DNA of 64,000 nt from Octopus vulgaris (Eukaryota), in assembly GCA_951406725.2 (NCBI GenBank), contig OX597828.1:7316001-7380000 (forward strand), given 5' to 3'. The notes under the pieces were generated by a model. The model did not search any database. It was given only the letters and a program-made list of their open reading frames with translations, and was not told the DNA's origin. Positions 41,915 to 55,597 of the stretch are shown piece after piece. Each line of letters starts with the position of its first letter. The stretch's first letter is position 1. Both the position numbers and the translations under genes were made by a program.

Positions 41915-42508
41915 TTTATTCTTTTACTTGTTTTAGTCATTTCGCTGCGGCCATGCTGGAGCACCGCCTTTAGTTGCGCAAATCGAATCCAGGACTTATT
42001 CTCTGTAAGCCTAGTACTTATTCTATTGGTCCCTTTCTGCCGAACCACTAAATTACGGAGACGTAAAAGCACCAGCATCAGTTGCCAAGCGATGTTGAGG
42101 GAACAACCACAGACAAACAAACGCACACACACAAACACACACACACAAACACTCACACACACACAAACACACACAAACAAACACGCACACACACACATAT
42201 ATATACGCGATGGGCCATCTTCAGCTTCCGTCCACTAATTCCATTCACAAGGCTTTGGTCAGCCTAAGGCTATAGCAGAAGACACTTGCTCAAGATGACA
42301 CGCAGTGGGACTGATCCCGGGACCATGTGGTTGGTAAGTAAGCTACTCACGGTGACCTTCCACAGTTTACGTCTACCAAATTCACTCACAATGCATTGTT
42401 TGATTCGGGACTATAGAAAACCCTTGCCCAAAGAGCCGCGCAGTAGAACTGAACACGAAACCGCGTGGTTCCGAAACGAGCTTCTTAACAACGCAGCCAT
42501 GCCTGCGC
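41915..42508 (-). mobile_element. SINE family A (41915-42350) followed by a second head (42355-42508)
   Basis: Family A tail, (CA)n and head; second diverged head ending gccatgcctgcgcc. Confidence 0.85.
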
Positions 42509-43149
42509 CCATTGCTTGTAGGTGAGGATTCCTGGCCATCGTATCTCTTAGTTACATCCATCTCTGATGTAGTATTTCTATTAACCCTTGTATACACCGA
42601 ACTCCAAGAGAGCCTTGAACTAAGATTTATTTCACTTTGACCCTTTCTTTTCTTATCTGTTACGGAACAGTGTGATATGAAAATTTTTACTGCTTTTTCT
42701 AGCATGTCAATCAGTTTCTTGGTTAGCGTCACGTTATTTTAGCAAGAGTGCATCATATAATTTAACATGTATCACAGACCAATAGAATTCAAATTATACA
42801 TACATATACACAGGTAGTGTACGTGTGCGTGTGTTTGTGCGTGCGTATGTACGTGTATATGCGTGTGTGTGTATGAGTGATTGTGTGTGTGTGTGTGTGT
42901 GTGTGCGTGAGCGTGTGTATGTGTGTGCAAGAATGTGTGTGTGTATGTGTGTATGCGTGTGTGTACGTGTATTTGTATGTGTGTGCGTGCGTGTGTGTAT
43001 GTCTGTATGCATGTGTGTATGTGTGTGCGTGTGTGTGTATCTGTGTGTGCGTACGCGCGTGTATGTATGTGTGTATGGATGTATGTGTGTGCGTGAGTAT
43101 AGCTTAGATTTCTCTCGAAATTGGCCAATGCCTGATTCAAAAACCGTTT

Positions 43150-43530
43150 AGACTTTACCTTTTATAAAAAAGTACGTGTGTGCACAAACAAAATAAATAA
43201 GTTTCTACTTCTAATGACAGAACACTTTCTAAATTTTTAGTAAATAATCGGATGATAATATATTTCAGCATTTTGGCCATTAGACTTCGATCTATCTGTA
43301 TGAAGCATCCAACATGATGGGTGAAACTATTTCTCTCTCATCCAACGCTATCATTACGATTTGGTTAAACAACTGGAATTATTTCTCTTGTTTGTGTTTC
43401 CTCTATTATTTTGTTCGTATTCCCATCACTGAGGTTTTTAGGGTTCTCTTTACTTCCTTTATTGTCAGCTGTTGTTGAAGCAGGGATTTTTATATCCTTA
43501 TTAACCTTTGTTTTTGTCATTGATTAGTTT
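43150..43530 (-). pseudogene. Decayed LINE fragment homologous to 45805-45935
   Basis: 43232-43360 aligns by eye with 45805-45935. Confidence 0.4.
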
Positions 43531-43539
43531 TTTTACTCT

Positions 43540-43693
43540 GGCTGTTTTGTAAGTAACTTGCTTACCAGCCACATAGTTCCGGGTTCAGTCCCACTGTGTG
43601 GCACCTTGGGCATGTGTCTTCTACTATAGCCTCGGGCAGACCAAAGCCTTGTGAGTGGATTTGGTAGACGGAAACTGAAAGAAGCCCGTCGTA

Positions 43694-43747
<54 letters not shown>

Positions 43748-43972
43748 CGTGTTTGTGTGTCTGTGATTGTCCTCCCCCAGCATCGCTTGACAAACGATGC
43801 TGGTGTGTTTACGTCCCCGTAACTTAGCGGTTCGGTAAAAAGAGGCCGATAAAATAAGTACTAGACTTACAAAGAATAAGTACTGGGATCGATTTGCTCG
43901 ACTAAAGGCGGTGCTCCAGCATGGCCGCAGTCAAATGACTGAAACAAGTAAAAGAGTAAAAGAGTAAAAGAG
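43540..43972 (+). mobile_element. SINE family A, full length, (GTAAAAGA)n tail
   Basis: Near-consensus copy. Confidence 0.92.
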
Positions 43973-44101
43973 TTCCTAAAATTTAATTAAAAATTTTTTT
44001 TTTATAAGATGACCGCTAAGTAATTATGCAGTGTTGTACATTAATTAATGTGGATAGACAATTTATTTTCTTTCTTTTTGATATTACATAAGTTTTTTTC
44101 T

Positions 44102-44505
44102 AAGGCGTCGAGCTAGCAGAATCGTAAGCAGATCGTGCAAAATGTTTACGTTCTGAGTCCAGATTCCACTGAGACTGAGTTGTCCTTTCGGAGTTGACAA
44201 AATAAGTACCAGTTGAAGGCGTGGGTCAATGAAATCGACTTGTCCCTACTCCTGGCCTAGTGCCAACATTTCAAACCAATATTAAACAGTTTTTTTCTTT
44301 TCAGAATCGTTAGCACGCCGGGCGAAATGCTCAAAAGTATTTCGTCCATCTTTACGTTCTGAGTTCCCGTTCCATCGAGTTCGAATTTGCCTTTCGTCCT
44401 TTCGCTGTCGATAAAATAAATATCAGTTGAGCAGTGGGGTCGATTTAATTGACTTAGCTCCTCTCCTGAAATTGCTGATCTTGTAACCAAAATTTAAAAC
44501 CAATA
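44102..44505 (+). mobile_element. Two diverged SINE family B copies
   Basis: Heads at 44102 and 44303. Confidence 0.75.
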
Positions 44506-45140
44506 TTACGCTAGGTTTAAACTTGTAACCGAACTTCATATTTATTATGAAAACTGAATTATGATATCCACTGAATTACGCAGCGAAACTATTTCAAACT
44601 TCATATTTACGATATTTTAAATTTATTTTCATTTTTTAAAAATAAATTATTATTTAACTTCTGTTTTTTTTCTTTCACTTCAAATATTAGTCTTGATTAC
44701 TTTGTAAATGGAGTCAGTTTTGCTTATTTAGCACATCCAGACAGTTTTCTTATGGTTTCTTAGGAATGCTTTGATATCATTTCGCTCATATACTTTCCTT
44801 TTCCACATGTTATTCCGCTAATTAAAACGTATTCAAGGTTTGTTATGTAAAATTTCGTCATTGTTCTATATATATATGTATGTTTTTTCGTCACTATGAA
44901 AATATTTCTACAATAGTCATAAAAAAAAACGATTTTATATGCTTTCAAATCATTTTAGTTGTTATACTAACATATTCTAAGATATCATTTCACGTTGGTT
45001 TGGTAAATTACTTCGACAGTGGAAAATTTTGATTTACTTTCTACTTCCCGAGCCGACACGGTGAGTCTGTATGGCGTCGCTCAACCAACAATAATAGTAA
45101 CCAAATATTTCTAAAAAACACCATCGTTTTAAATAGAGAG

Positions 45141-45479
45141 CAGGGGTTCTCAACCACTTCTTTTTTTTATCTATGGACCTTTTTAATTACTATATTCAGC
45201 TGGACTCCTATAGCCATACCATGTTTAAAAACTCCTTTCGAACTTCCTATTTTGTTTTTCACACATTCAGTTGTGTAGGTCGAAACTATGTAACACGTTA
45301 GATAAAGAAATATAGCTCTTCTTTTAAAATACGTAACAATACATACATCTAAAGCAAATGTTTTTCAGGGGTCCTTAAAATACTATTGTGGATCCCCAAT
45401 TTACTATTTTATTATATGGATCCCACAAAATCTTACAAGGATCCTCAGGGGCCATATAGACCCCGGTTGAGAACCGCTG
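45141..45479. mobile_element. hAT (Charlie-like) MITE, 15-bp TIRs, 8-bp TSD
   Basis: CAGGGGTTCTCAACC...GGTTGAGAACCGCTG; flanks ATAGAGAG and ATATAGAG (7/8 match). Confidence 0.85.
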
Positions 45480-45489
45480 ATATAGAGGG

Positions 45490-45935
45490 ATACATGAAAC
45501 ACAGTATAGAGCTGGATATAAAGATGACAACAAGCGGAACTTCTTTCGCTATTGGTCTCCTTGATATGGGGCAAACTGTGGTTAGAATACAAGATCAACG
45601 TTCTGTTTTTATTTTTGTTTCTCCATATATTTTCCAACTCAAATGTGTACAATTTAAAAGTGATATATAGTCTGTAGTTCAACTTTTATTCCTTCCCATC
45701 ACCAGGTTTTAAGCTGTTACCTCCTTTTATCCGTACAATTTTTTTACTCTATTCAGATTCAGCGATATTTATATACGTATATCTTGTCAATTTGTTCTTT
45801 AAAACAATTTTTTTAGTAAATAAATGGATGAAGATATATTTCAACATTTTGGCCTTTAGACTTCGATTTATCTGTATGCAACATCTAACATGATGGGTGA
45901 AATTATTCCTCTCTCATTCAACACTACCATTACGA
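45490..45935 (-). pseudogene. Decayed L1/Tx1-like RT-region fragment
   Basis: Minus strand LKPGDGKE*KLNYR/ISLLNC resembles K.GD...NYRPISLLN. Confidence 0.45.
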
Positions 45936-46364
45936 GTGACATTCTACTGATGCAACGTTTGTGAAGTCAGCCATAAATGTACAGTCCCTGAGAACAAGTC
46001 ACAGTCTCTTTATGTCAAATACTCAGCAAACGTATAGAAAGCAAATTAGATGCTATATTCCAGTGTATTATAAACAGTGGCAACTCTGGGTGTCTATGGC
46101 GGCAGATGTGAACCAGATCTCCATTGAACAAATTGTCCCTTTCAGTTTAAGAAAAGTTTTCTGCCAGATTTTGTTTGTAACCATGTTTACTTAGAAAAAT
46201 CAAAATAAATTTCGTGAAGTAGATGTCAACGGCGGAATACAGTGTTTTCTCATGTTCCATTGTTTATACACTGTTCAATGGGAAACAGTGTAAATAACTT
46301 ACATAGAGGATTAATGATGAGCTGTATTGCTTTTAAACAAGAAATATAATTACATCAGGGGTGT

Positions 46365-46737
46365 CTCTTTTACTCTTTTACTTGTTTCAGTCATTTGACT
46401 GCGGCCATGTTGGAGCACCGCATTTAGTCGAGCAAATCGACCCCAGGACTTATTCTTTGTAAGCCTAGTACTTATTCTATTGGTCATTTTTGCCGAACCG
46501 CTAAGTTGCGGGGACGTAAACACACCAGCATCGGTTGTCAAGCGATGTTGCGGGAGGACAATCACAGACACATATATATGCATATACATATATACGACGG
46601 GCTTCTTTCAGTTTCCGTCTACCAAATCCACTCACAAGGTTTTGTTCGGCATAGTAGAAGACACTTGCCAAAGGTGCCACGCAGTGGGACTGAACTCGGA
46701 ACCATGTGGTTGGTAAGCAAGCTACTTACCACACAGT
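46365..46737 (-). mobile_element. SINE family A, full length
   Basis: Near-consensus copy. Confidence 0.92.
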
Positions 46738-47755
46738 TACTTCTGTGCCCTGTGTGTATAAATATTCTGCACCTATGTGTATAAATATTCTGTTTTTCAG
46801 AAGTACAATCTCAGACATTTGTTACAGATCTTTCTTTTAACACAATGAGTCTCAGCTTTAATGATAGATAGCGTGATTACTAAAAGCGTTGGGAGACCAA
46901 TATGGTTTAACATAACTGAAATAATTATTGTAGGAGATTGTTCAGAAAGCGAGAAACTGGTAACGAACTGGCAGAATCATTACAAAGTAAGCGAAATATA
47001 ATGTATCGCAGTGATCGTAGGTTTTAGGCTGCTTTTATAAAATGATTTACTTGACCTGGACTCACCAACAGCAACCCCTTAAGAAGCCCTATAAGAAGAC
47101 CCTCTTATAGGAGCTATTATTAAAAATCTCCTTACTCTGACACGACGCGTCTGAAGATGTAGTTGCAAGCTTTTTCCTAAGAAACTGAATAATGTGAAGC
47201 TGCCTTAAATTCCTACTCAATAAACTCGCTACTCAAACTACGTGTGTCGAGTGCTAATTTATTTCTTTTGCCTACCCGTATAACTGTTTATCTTGTAACT
47301 GTTTACCCGTATAATTCTCTTTCGTGCGCTACTCATAAGCAAGTTATAAACGGTTAATGATGAAGTAAAAAATTTAATCAACATATCCTTTTGAGTAAAC
47401 GGAAAGAAGTGATCGAGCCTACTTTCTCAAAACGATGACAGCCAGAAACATAACGAAAAGGATTTCGCCAGATTAACACTGCGGATTCAGTTGTTTTGAT
47501 CTTCGTATGTAGCCAAAATACACACGAAGTACATGCATTGGTTGCAGCCAATACAGTTGTAATAATAGTTGTTATGTGTAATGGCTTTGAATATATCATT
47601 TACAGTTCATGGACCTTTCATTCTAATACGAGGATAATCGTTAGTTAACTTTTAATCTGTAAGTTCGGGAACCTGTATTTTGCTAAGAATATCTGTTTTC
47701 ATTACATGTTCTTTGACCGCAATAACCAGTTGCTATGTATGTGTGTATATATGTA

Positions 47756-47838
<83 letters not shown>

Positions 47839-49013
47839 GTATATATATATACATATATACATACATACTTACACACATACGTATGTACATACAAACATAA
47901 GTTATAAATATGTATGTATATATGTAACATGACGAGATGACTGGTAAAAGAGACTAAATGAAAGGGAGATGATGATGATGATGATGATGATGATAAACGT
48001 GACGCCAACAAACTAAGGTGCGCAAGCGAGTGTGTTTATGTGAGAATGGTGTGTGTGAGTGTGTATGTGTGAATGAGGGTGAGTGTGTGAGTAAGTATGT
48101 GAGAGCGGGCTGAAAATTATGTGGATATGTGTGTGTATGTATGTGTATAAGTAACCCAGCGTGTATATAATGTAGAGTGATATGCATTCCATGTACTGGT
48201 ATGTATGAGTGTGTGCGTGTGGACGTGTGCATGTATGTATGTGTAGGGTTAAGTGTGTGTGCAAGCGCATGGGGCTCTGTGTGTGTGTATTTGTACAAGT
48301 AACCTAGTGTATTCATTGCGTGGAGTGATGTGCGTTTTGTGTATTTGTGTGTGCGTATGGACGGCTGAATATGTGTGAGTATGCGTTTGGACAGGTATAT
48401 ATGTGTGAAGCTAACTTGTGTGTATGTGTGTGTGTTGAGTGTGGCAGTTGATTTGTGCTTGTTCAGGTGGTGTGTTCAGGGGTGTATGTGTGTGTGTGTG
48501 TGTGTGTTTGTGACCAAATAGTGTACATGTGTATAGTGTATGTCTGCGGGCGAAAGTTCTGTGTGTCTATGCATGTTGCGTGTGTTTATGCATGCGTATA
48601 TATTGTCTGTGTTCAGGTATAATGCGCTTGTGCGGGTGTGGGAGTGTGCATGATGGTGAGCAGTGTGTGCACCAAGTTAAACAGGGTATAGTCGTATAGG
48701 CTGCTCGTATAGTAGTATGTGTGGGGACGCTATTGAAGATTGGGTGTGTGGATGTGTGGATATAGAAATAGATAGATAAATACACATGCAAACATTCGAA
48801 CGTATGCATGTATGTCGTATGCATGCATGGCAGTGTATGTATGTGTGCCTGTGTATGTGTGTGTGTGTATGTGTGTGTGTGTGAGTGTATGTGTGTTTAC
48901 GCGTGCGTGCCAGTATACAATGAAGAAATATGAAATATGTACCTTCTGCGCGTCCTTCATCATACATTCCCATCTGTCTGACGTCTGCAATTTTTTCCAC
49001 GCTGTTTGAAGTT

Positions 49014-49072
<59 letters not shown>

Positions 49073-49169
49073 CGGGAAGCTTTATGAAAATAGACAAAAG
49101 ACGAAGGCAGGTGGAAAACAAACGAGCAATTGTATTAGTATGGCGCTCAGGAAATATAAATAAAACAAG

Positions 49170-49207
49170 TCTTTAACGTTTCGAGCCTACGCTCTTCAAC
49201 AGAAAGA
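49170..49207 (-). ncRNA. Minimal hammerhead with CUGUUGA core, in Penelope-like fragment (~49071-49480)
   Basis: Minus strand TCTTT-CTGTTGA-A-GAGC GTAG GCTC-GAAA-CG-TT-AAAGA; abuts (TA)n. Confidence 0.65.
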
Positions 49208-49694
49208 TACACAGAGAGAAAAAAAACACAGAAAGAAGGAGAGAAAAAAATGCGTGCAGTAGCTAACGAATCAACATGGCGATCTGATTTCGGCCAGAGG
49301 TCAAAGATCAAACATGAGACGCGAGAGCGAAATAAGGGGAGATAATAGGGTTGATAATAGGGTTGATAATAGGGTTGAAGGACCAGCTAATAGTGCGTAG
49401 GAGGGGTCTGGACGTGTGTATGTATAGGGTTGGTGTATGTATTAGTATGTATTAGTTGGTGTATGTATTAGTATGGCACATCATATATGATGTGATGTGT
49501 AAAGTCGTGTGGTGTAGTGAGGAGAAGAGGGGAGGGGAGAAGAGGGGGAGATAAGGGGAGGGGAAGAAGAGGGGGAAGAGGAGAGGAGGGGGAGAGAGGA
49601 GGGGAGAAGGAAGGGGAGGAGGGGGAGGAAGGAGGAAAGAGGGAGAGAGAAGGGGAGTGAGGGAGCATTCATACATATATATATATATACATTC

Positions 49695-49731
<37 letters not shown>

Positions 49732-49753
49732 CATATGTATATATATGTGTCTG

Positions 49754-49844
<91 letters not shown>

Positions 49845-49903
49845 GAATGTATATATATATATATGTATGAATGTATATATATATATATATATATATATGC
49901 ATG

Positions 49904-49935
<32 letters not shown>

Positions 49936-49949
49936 TATATACATAGATA

Positions 49950-50125
49950 TTAAGTAGATTACATCGACCCCAGTGTTTCTCTGGTACTTAGTTATCGACC
50001 CCCGAAAGGATGAAAAGTAAAGTCGACTTTGAACTCAGGGCGTGGTAGCTCAGAATGTAGTAACGGGTGAAACTCCGCTAAGCATTTCATTCAGCGTGAT
50101 AACGATTCAATCAACTCGCGGCCTT
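49950..50125 (-). mobile_element. SINE family B, partial
   Basis: ttacatcgaccccagtg..ctggtactt..atcgacccccgaaaggatgaaaagtaaagtcgac. Confidence 0.75.
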
Positions 50126-50132
50126 AATAATG

Positions 50133-50184
<52 letters not shown>

Positions 50185-50186
<2 letters not shown>

Positions 50187-50640
50187 TAGATAGAGAAGTT
50201 AAGGCCAATAGGCGGGATATTGTTGTCAGAGATCACCAAGAAAAAAATGCTTTCTAATCGATGTATCAATACCAACAGATGATAATGTTTCTCTAAAAGT
50301 AACGTAGAAACTTTCAAAATACAAAGATCTGGAAACAGAGGTAACTCGAGTGTTGAGTTTAAAACCAGAAACAGTTCCTATCATTGTAGGCGCATTAAGT
50401 ATGATAAAAAAAAACATTCAGACAAATACATAACAAAAACACCAGGGCTTACAAGTACACAGTATACAACATACAGAAAACAGCACTACTAGGCACCGTA
50501 CACATCGTATGTAAAACACTTTCAATACAGTAAAAGTAAGAGCATCACAACAAACCACAGTACATACCCAAGGCACACAGAGCTGCGCTCGGTAGTGTAG
50601 TGAAAGTACGTGATAAAAATAAGGCTACTGAATGATAATA
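50185..50640 (+). mobile_element. 5'-truncated RLE-type (R4/Dong-like) retrotransposon inserted in (AAT)n
   Basis: IDREVKANRRDIVV/CFLIDVSIPTDDNVSLK..KLSKYKDLE..ETVPIIVGAL (PD..D..K restriction-like endonuclease region); AAT repeats on both sides. Confidence 0.85.
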
Positions 50641-50679
50641 ATAATGACAGCAACAATAACATCAACAACGACAGCGACA

Positions 50680-50880
50680 GTGAGCTGGCAGAGTCGTTAG
50701 AATATTGCAAAAATGCCTTGCTGCATTTGTTCTGATTCCTTACTTTCTGCGTTCAAATCCCACCGAGACCAACTTTGACTTTCTGCTTTATGTTATAGTA
50801 CCAGTCATGTACTAAGACCGAAGGCCTCGACTAATCCATTCCCTTTAGAACTTCTAACTTTGTCTCTAAATCAGAAATAA
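50680..50880 (+). mobile_element. Diverged SINE family B
   Basis: gtgagctggcagagtcgttag..ttctgcgttcaaatcc. Confidence 0.6.
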
Positions 50881-52439
50881 TTGTAATTATTGTGGCTGTT
50901 TTTGTTGTCGTTGTTATCTGGGCAATTCTTGCTTTTTATTAGCGTCCTTCTAATGTTCTAGATGTTGTCATTGCTGTTTTGTTGAATCTGTTGTTTGTCG
51001 CCGACCTAGTTCGTAATTACAATAAGCATTGCCTTCGCCGGCATTGTAACTTTTAATTAATTTGTTTCACTTATGTCGTTATCGCAGATGTTGCTACGGT
51101 TGTTGGCGTTGTAACTGTTGTTGTTGTTGTTGTTGTAACTGTTATTATTGCTGTTTTTATTTGTTGTTGTTGTTGTTGTTGTTGTTGTCTATTGTCAGTG
51201 TTGTTTCACTCGCTCTCAACACCAGTGCACATTGCCTGCCTCTCTACGTCAAGCACTATGCTCAATTTTGAATGCAAACGTGGGACAACAGCAGAGATAT
51301 TTCTTTACTTTCATAGCCTCATCTCTAGTGTGTTCCATACATAGGTCCGTTTTGTTTTACTATAGAAATAAGAGGGCGGGCACTGAATCGCATCTCAGAC
51401 GTTTTCCTTCTTATGCAATTGAACAATTTATCTTCAAATAATATTTGATGTATGCATTGTAATTTGCTAAAGCATTCATCCATTCTTTTCAATGCTGCCG
51501 CTGTTAGTGGTGCCTACACCGGAGAATTGTACAAGTCTGCTGGGTCAGGCCGTTGATATCAAGTGTCTTGTCAATAGAAACAATGCAATACCATTCAAAG
51601 AAGACGAATCACTCTCAGCGTGTTCTTCAGTAACCTATCAGCTTTACTGTCACTTGGTTGCTGTTGTTGCTGTTGTTGTTGCTGTTGTTTTCAGTTCTGG
51701 AGCTACTGTCACAGCTGTTGCTGTCCACTAATTCTTATCGTTGTCGTGAATGGTTTGTTTTTATGAGGTAACAAAGAGACGTGACCTGTTTCAACGCCTA
51801 TCTAAAGTACTTTAGTGACTGTCAATGCTTGCTACATGCAGTGCTTCTTTTTATAGTTTAGTCATGGAGGGAAGGGCAGCGCCCCTGACACTTTACAGGG
51901 CCTACGATGTTGGTGAATGGAGGGGTGTAAACTATATTCACAACAACAACCTGGCATGCATGCCTGCAAATGAACGGATTCTTTCTTAAAAGCAGTGAAG
52001 GGCCAGATGGTGGTGTGAGACCAAGTGACAAATTATACGACTGTTATTGTTGCAAAACATGTTTTTAGTATAAAAATAGATGAATTGTTTGGGCGATTTT
52101 TGAGGTTCTATTATAGTATAGTCTAGGGTCTGCAAGCATCTGTGTAAAGTAATTGTGTGTATATGTGTGCATTATCTAATTTAGTATTCATGAATATTTG
52201 TATAATGTACTTTAATATCTGTGAAGGATAGTGTAATGTACTTTAGTGTCTGCGCGTGTTACTGTTGAGAACATTAATGTCGCTGAGTGATACTGCAATA
52301 TATTTTCACGAGTTTAAATGATTGTACAATGTAGTGTAGTTTTTTGTGAATATTAGTATTTGCGTTAGTGTAATGTAATATAGTACCCATCAGTTTTCGT
52401 GCAACATAGTTTAGTATCTGAGAGTATTAGTGTAATGTA

Positions 52440-53510
52440 TTAGGTTGTTCTGAAAATAATGGCCACTCTAAGTGTTGTGTTTTGAAACGCAATTTTATCA
52501 TAGTATTTTCATTATATTTTAGGTGAAATGATGTATGCTCTTTAATAATTTTCTACTTATTTCAGACAGAAAATATTCTTGAAGCATAGGTACCCTTATG
52601 AATATGACAAAAAAGGACCTTCGCTTACTTTTCTTGCATGTGTTGAAGCTTGGGCACATTGCCCCCCCCCCCAAAAAAAAAAACTGCTACCAATATTAAC
52701 AGAGCATAGGGAGAGTGGTCCACAAGTGATCGCACAGTACGAAGGTGGTTTAAGAAATTCCGTAGTGGTGATGGGAGTCGAAAGTAGAGGACAGTCATGT
52801 AGTGTTGACAATGAACAATTGAAAGTAATTGTTGAACAAAACCCAAGTCAAAGTATCAGAAAAATGTCTCAGGCACTTGGTGTCGGTATTATAACGGTCT
52901 CACGCAATCTGCAGAAGATTGGTAAGGTGAAAAAACTCGATAAATAGGTACCGCATGTGCTCAAGGAAAATCAAAAGTTCGGCGTTTTGAAGTGTGCTCG
53001 ATGCTCTTTCTGCGAAGCACCAATGGTCATTTTCTTGACCAAATAGTCACTTTTGACAAAAAGTGGATAACCGTAAACAATCAGGTCAATGGCTTGGTCG
53101 TGATGAGTCCCCCAAACATTTCCCAAAGCCAAAATTGCATCAGCAAAAGATTATGGTGCCTGTCTGGTGGTCTGCAATTGGTCGTGTCCAATACAGCTTT
53201 CTAGAAGCCAATCAGAGCATTACAGCAGAAGTTTACTGCAATCAACTCGCTGAAATGCGTACTTATTTGCAAAAGATGAGATCTGCATTGGTGAATAGGC
53301 GTGGCTCAATTCTGCTCCACGATAATGCAAAGCTACATGTTGCAAGAATGACGCTGCAGAAACTCACAGACTTGGGATACGAGACTTTACCACATCTTTC
53401 ATATTCTCCTGATCTTTCACCCACTGACTCATTTTTTTAAATGCTTTTAAACACGTTTTTAAGTGACTAAACTTTCAGGTTCAAACCAGAGATAGAATCA
53501 GCTTTTGATG
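52440..53510 (+). mobile_element. Decayed mariner (cecropia/Hsmar1-like) transposase pseudogene
   Basis: TA|TTAGGTTGTTCTGAAAATAATGGC; ATG near 52598; *VPHVL, IVTFDKKW, LLHDNAKLH and YSPDLSPTD motifs across frameshifts. Confidence 0.9.
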
Positions 53511-53819
53511 AAAGGTCTACAGAATTAGGGATTGTGTGGGGATAGCCCGCAAGAAATTGATTACAACTGCAACATTTTCTGTACCGTCATCTTACTCTCT
53601 CATCAGCACAACAATCTCACCATCAAACACCACAGCTAATCCTGTCAGCCATTATCGCAAATATTACAACTACCACCAAACCGCTACCAACACCAACACC
53701 AGCACCGTGAATACTGACATCATCGCGTCTAGCATAACCATTCTCCGCTACCATCACAATCAGATAGAATCATTAGAACTATCAGTGTCACCACTAAATT
53801 TCCATTGCTACTAAATAAC

Positions 53820-54130
53820 ATTATCACAACCACCACCACCACCACCACCAACACCACCAGCAGAAGCAACCACCACCAGCACCAACAACAACAACAATAA
53901 TATCACCACCTCCAACACCACTACCAGCACCATCACCACCAGCACAATCACCAACACCACCACCAGCACTATCATTACCATCACCCCCAAGACCACCACC
54001 ACCATCACCGCTGTCGTCGATACTACCGCCGCCGTCGCCGCCCCCACCACCGTCGTCCCCACCACCACTACCACCTACATTACCATCATCATCATCACTA
54101 CAGTCACGACGGCCACCCCACCATCACTGT
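53820..54130. repeat. (CAC)n-rich low-complexity tract
   Basis: Direct reading. Confidence 0.8.
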
Positions 54131-54514
54131 CGCCTCTGTCGTTCCCACCACAATAACCTCGATGACCACTAAGTCATTGCCATTGTCAAGCTATTTTTTT
54201 TCTCGTTCTCTTCCCGCCCCACACTCTCCTTTCGTCCCTTGTAGTTGCTACTGTTTGTTATTAAACACGATATCACAATCAATACAGCAGTTTTCTTTAA
54301 CGTAACTTTCAGATATCTTTTGATCTGTTGTATTTTCATCGATACCATAATTGCGGCTGTCGTTTCCGAATGTGTGGGTGGTGATGTGATGGCAGGGGAT
54401 GTGTCTGGTGTGTCCAGTTCTTGTTAACTTCACCATAAGGATACCGAGATCAAATTTCAATGACTCCTACTTCACAATGTTCAATATCTCGGTGAACAAG
54501 CACACCGGATTTAT

Positions 54515-54705
54515 TTAGCACACCGGTATAAAATGCTTAGCGGCATTTCGTCCGTCGTTTCATTCTCAGTTCAAATGCCGCCGAGGTTAGCTTTGCGTTT
54601 CATCCTCTCAGGGTTCATAAAATATGTAACAGTTGAACGCTGGGGTCGATCGGATCCACCTGTCCCTCCCCCGAAATTGCTAACTTTTTGCCAAAGTTTG
54701 AGAAC
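54515..54705 (+). mobile_element. Diverged SINE family B
   Basis: aaatgcttagcggcatttcgtccgtc..tttcatcc..ctggggtcgat. Confidence 0.7.
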
Positions 54706-54910
54706 AATATCTATTGCAGTGCTTCTCAAACGGTACCACGCGGCACATTAGTCTGCCACAAAGCGTATCGAGGCGTGTCAGATGTAGAAAAATATAGTTT
54801 AATGGGAATTTTTAAGACCAGTGTATTGGCAATATTTTAGTACGATTTAAGCTGTTTTAAGAATAAGGCATAAAACTTGACAAAGTTTTGCAGCAGTAGT
54901 TATAACCACC

Positions 54911-55100
54911 CTAGATTATTGTATATCATTATATCATTATATCTAGATTATTGTATATCATTATATCATTATATCATTATATCTAGATTATTGTATATCA
55001 TTATATCATTATATCATCATTTCATTATATCTAGATTTTTGTATATCATTATATCATTATATCATTATATCTAGATTATCGTATATCATTACTTTATATC
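54911..55100 (+). repeat. Minisatellite CTAGATTATTG(TATATCAT)2-3 units, about 5 copies
   Basis: Direct reading. Confidence 0.85.
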
Positions 55101-55195
55101 TAATAAGCTGAACTGCCAACTTTTCTTATTCTAGATTGAACAGCACTTTGAACACACCCTGCTAAACACTACTTGTGACAGCTGACTAGTTTGCA

Positions 55196-55579
55196 AAAAG
55201 AAGAAATTATGTAAAATGAATTGATGAACAAACAAGTATTTAAAATGTTAATTTTTGTTGAAAAAACAGGACACATATGAACGTTCATTTTAAAGGCAGG
55301 AAACGAAAGGAAAGGTTTCGGTTTCGTCACGGTTTCACATTGCAGCGAAACTAGAGGTGGCTTTAAGTTTAATTGTAAAGTTCAATCGTAAAGTTAATTG
55401 TAAAGTTTAATTGTAAAGGTATTCACGGTCCGTCTCGCAGCGGCGTCGAGATGGCCGTCTCATTTGCAACATAATTATGTTCATTTCATTATCATTTTCC
55501 ATTCGTCTTTATGTCCCCGCATGTCAGTTGTATGCCCTTCTGTATTCAGGCCTTGTACCTATAATAAAGAGAAGAGAAA
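55196..55579 (+). mobile_element. 384-bp retroposed insert with 16-bp TSD
   Basis: AGCTGACTAGTTTGCA at 55180-55195 and 55580-55595; 3' end tcaggccttgtacctataataaagag resembles a SINE B tail. Confidence 0.65.
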
Positions 55580-55597
55580 AGCTGACTAGTTTGCAGA

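Noticed and set aside
47147-47200. CTGAAGA...GAAA hammerhead-like motif
   Set aside because: Stems II and III pair poorly; at most a decayed relic
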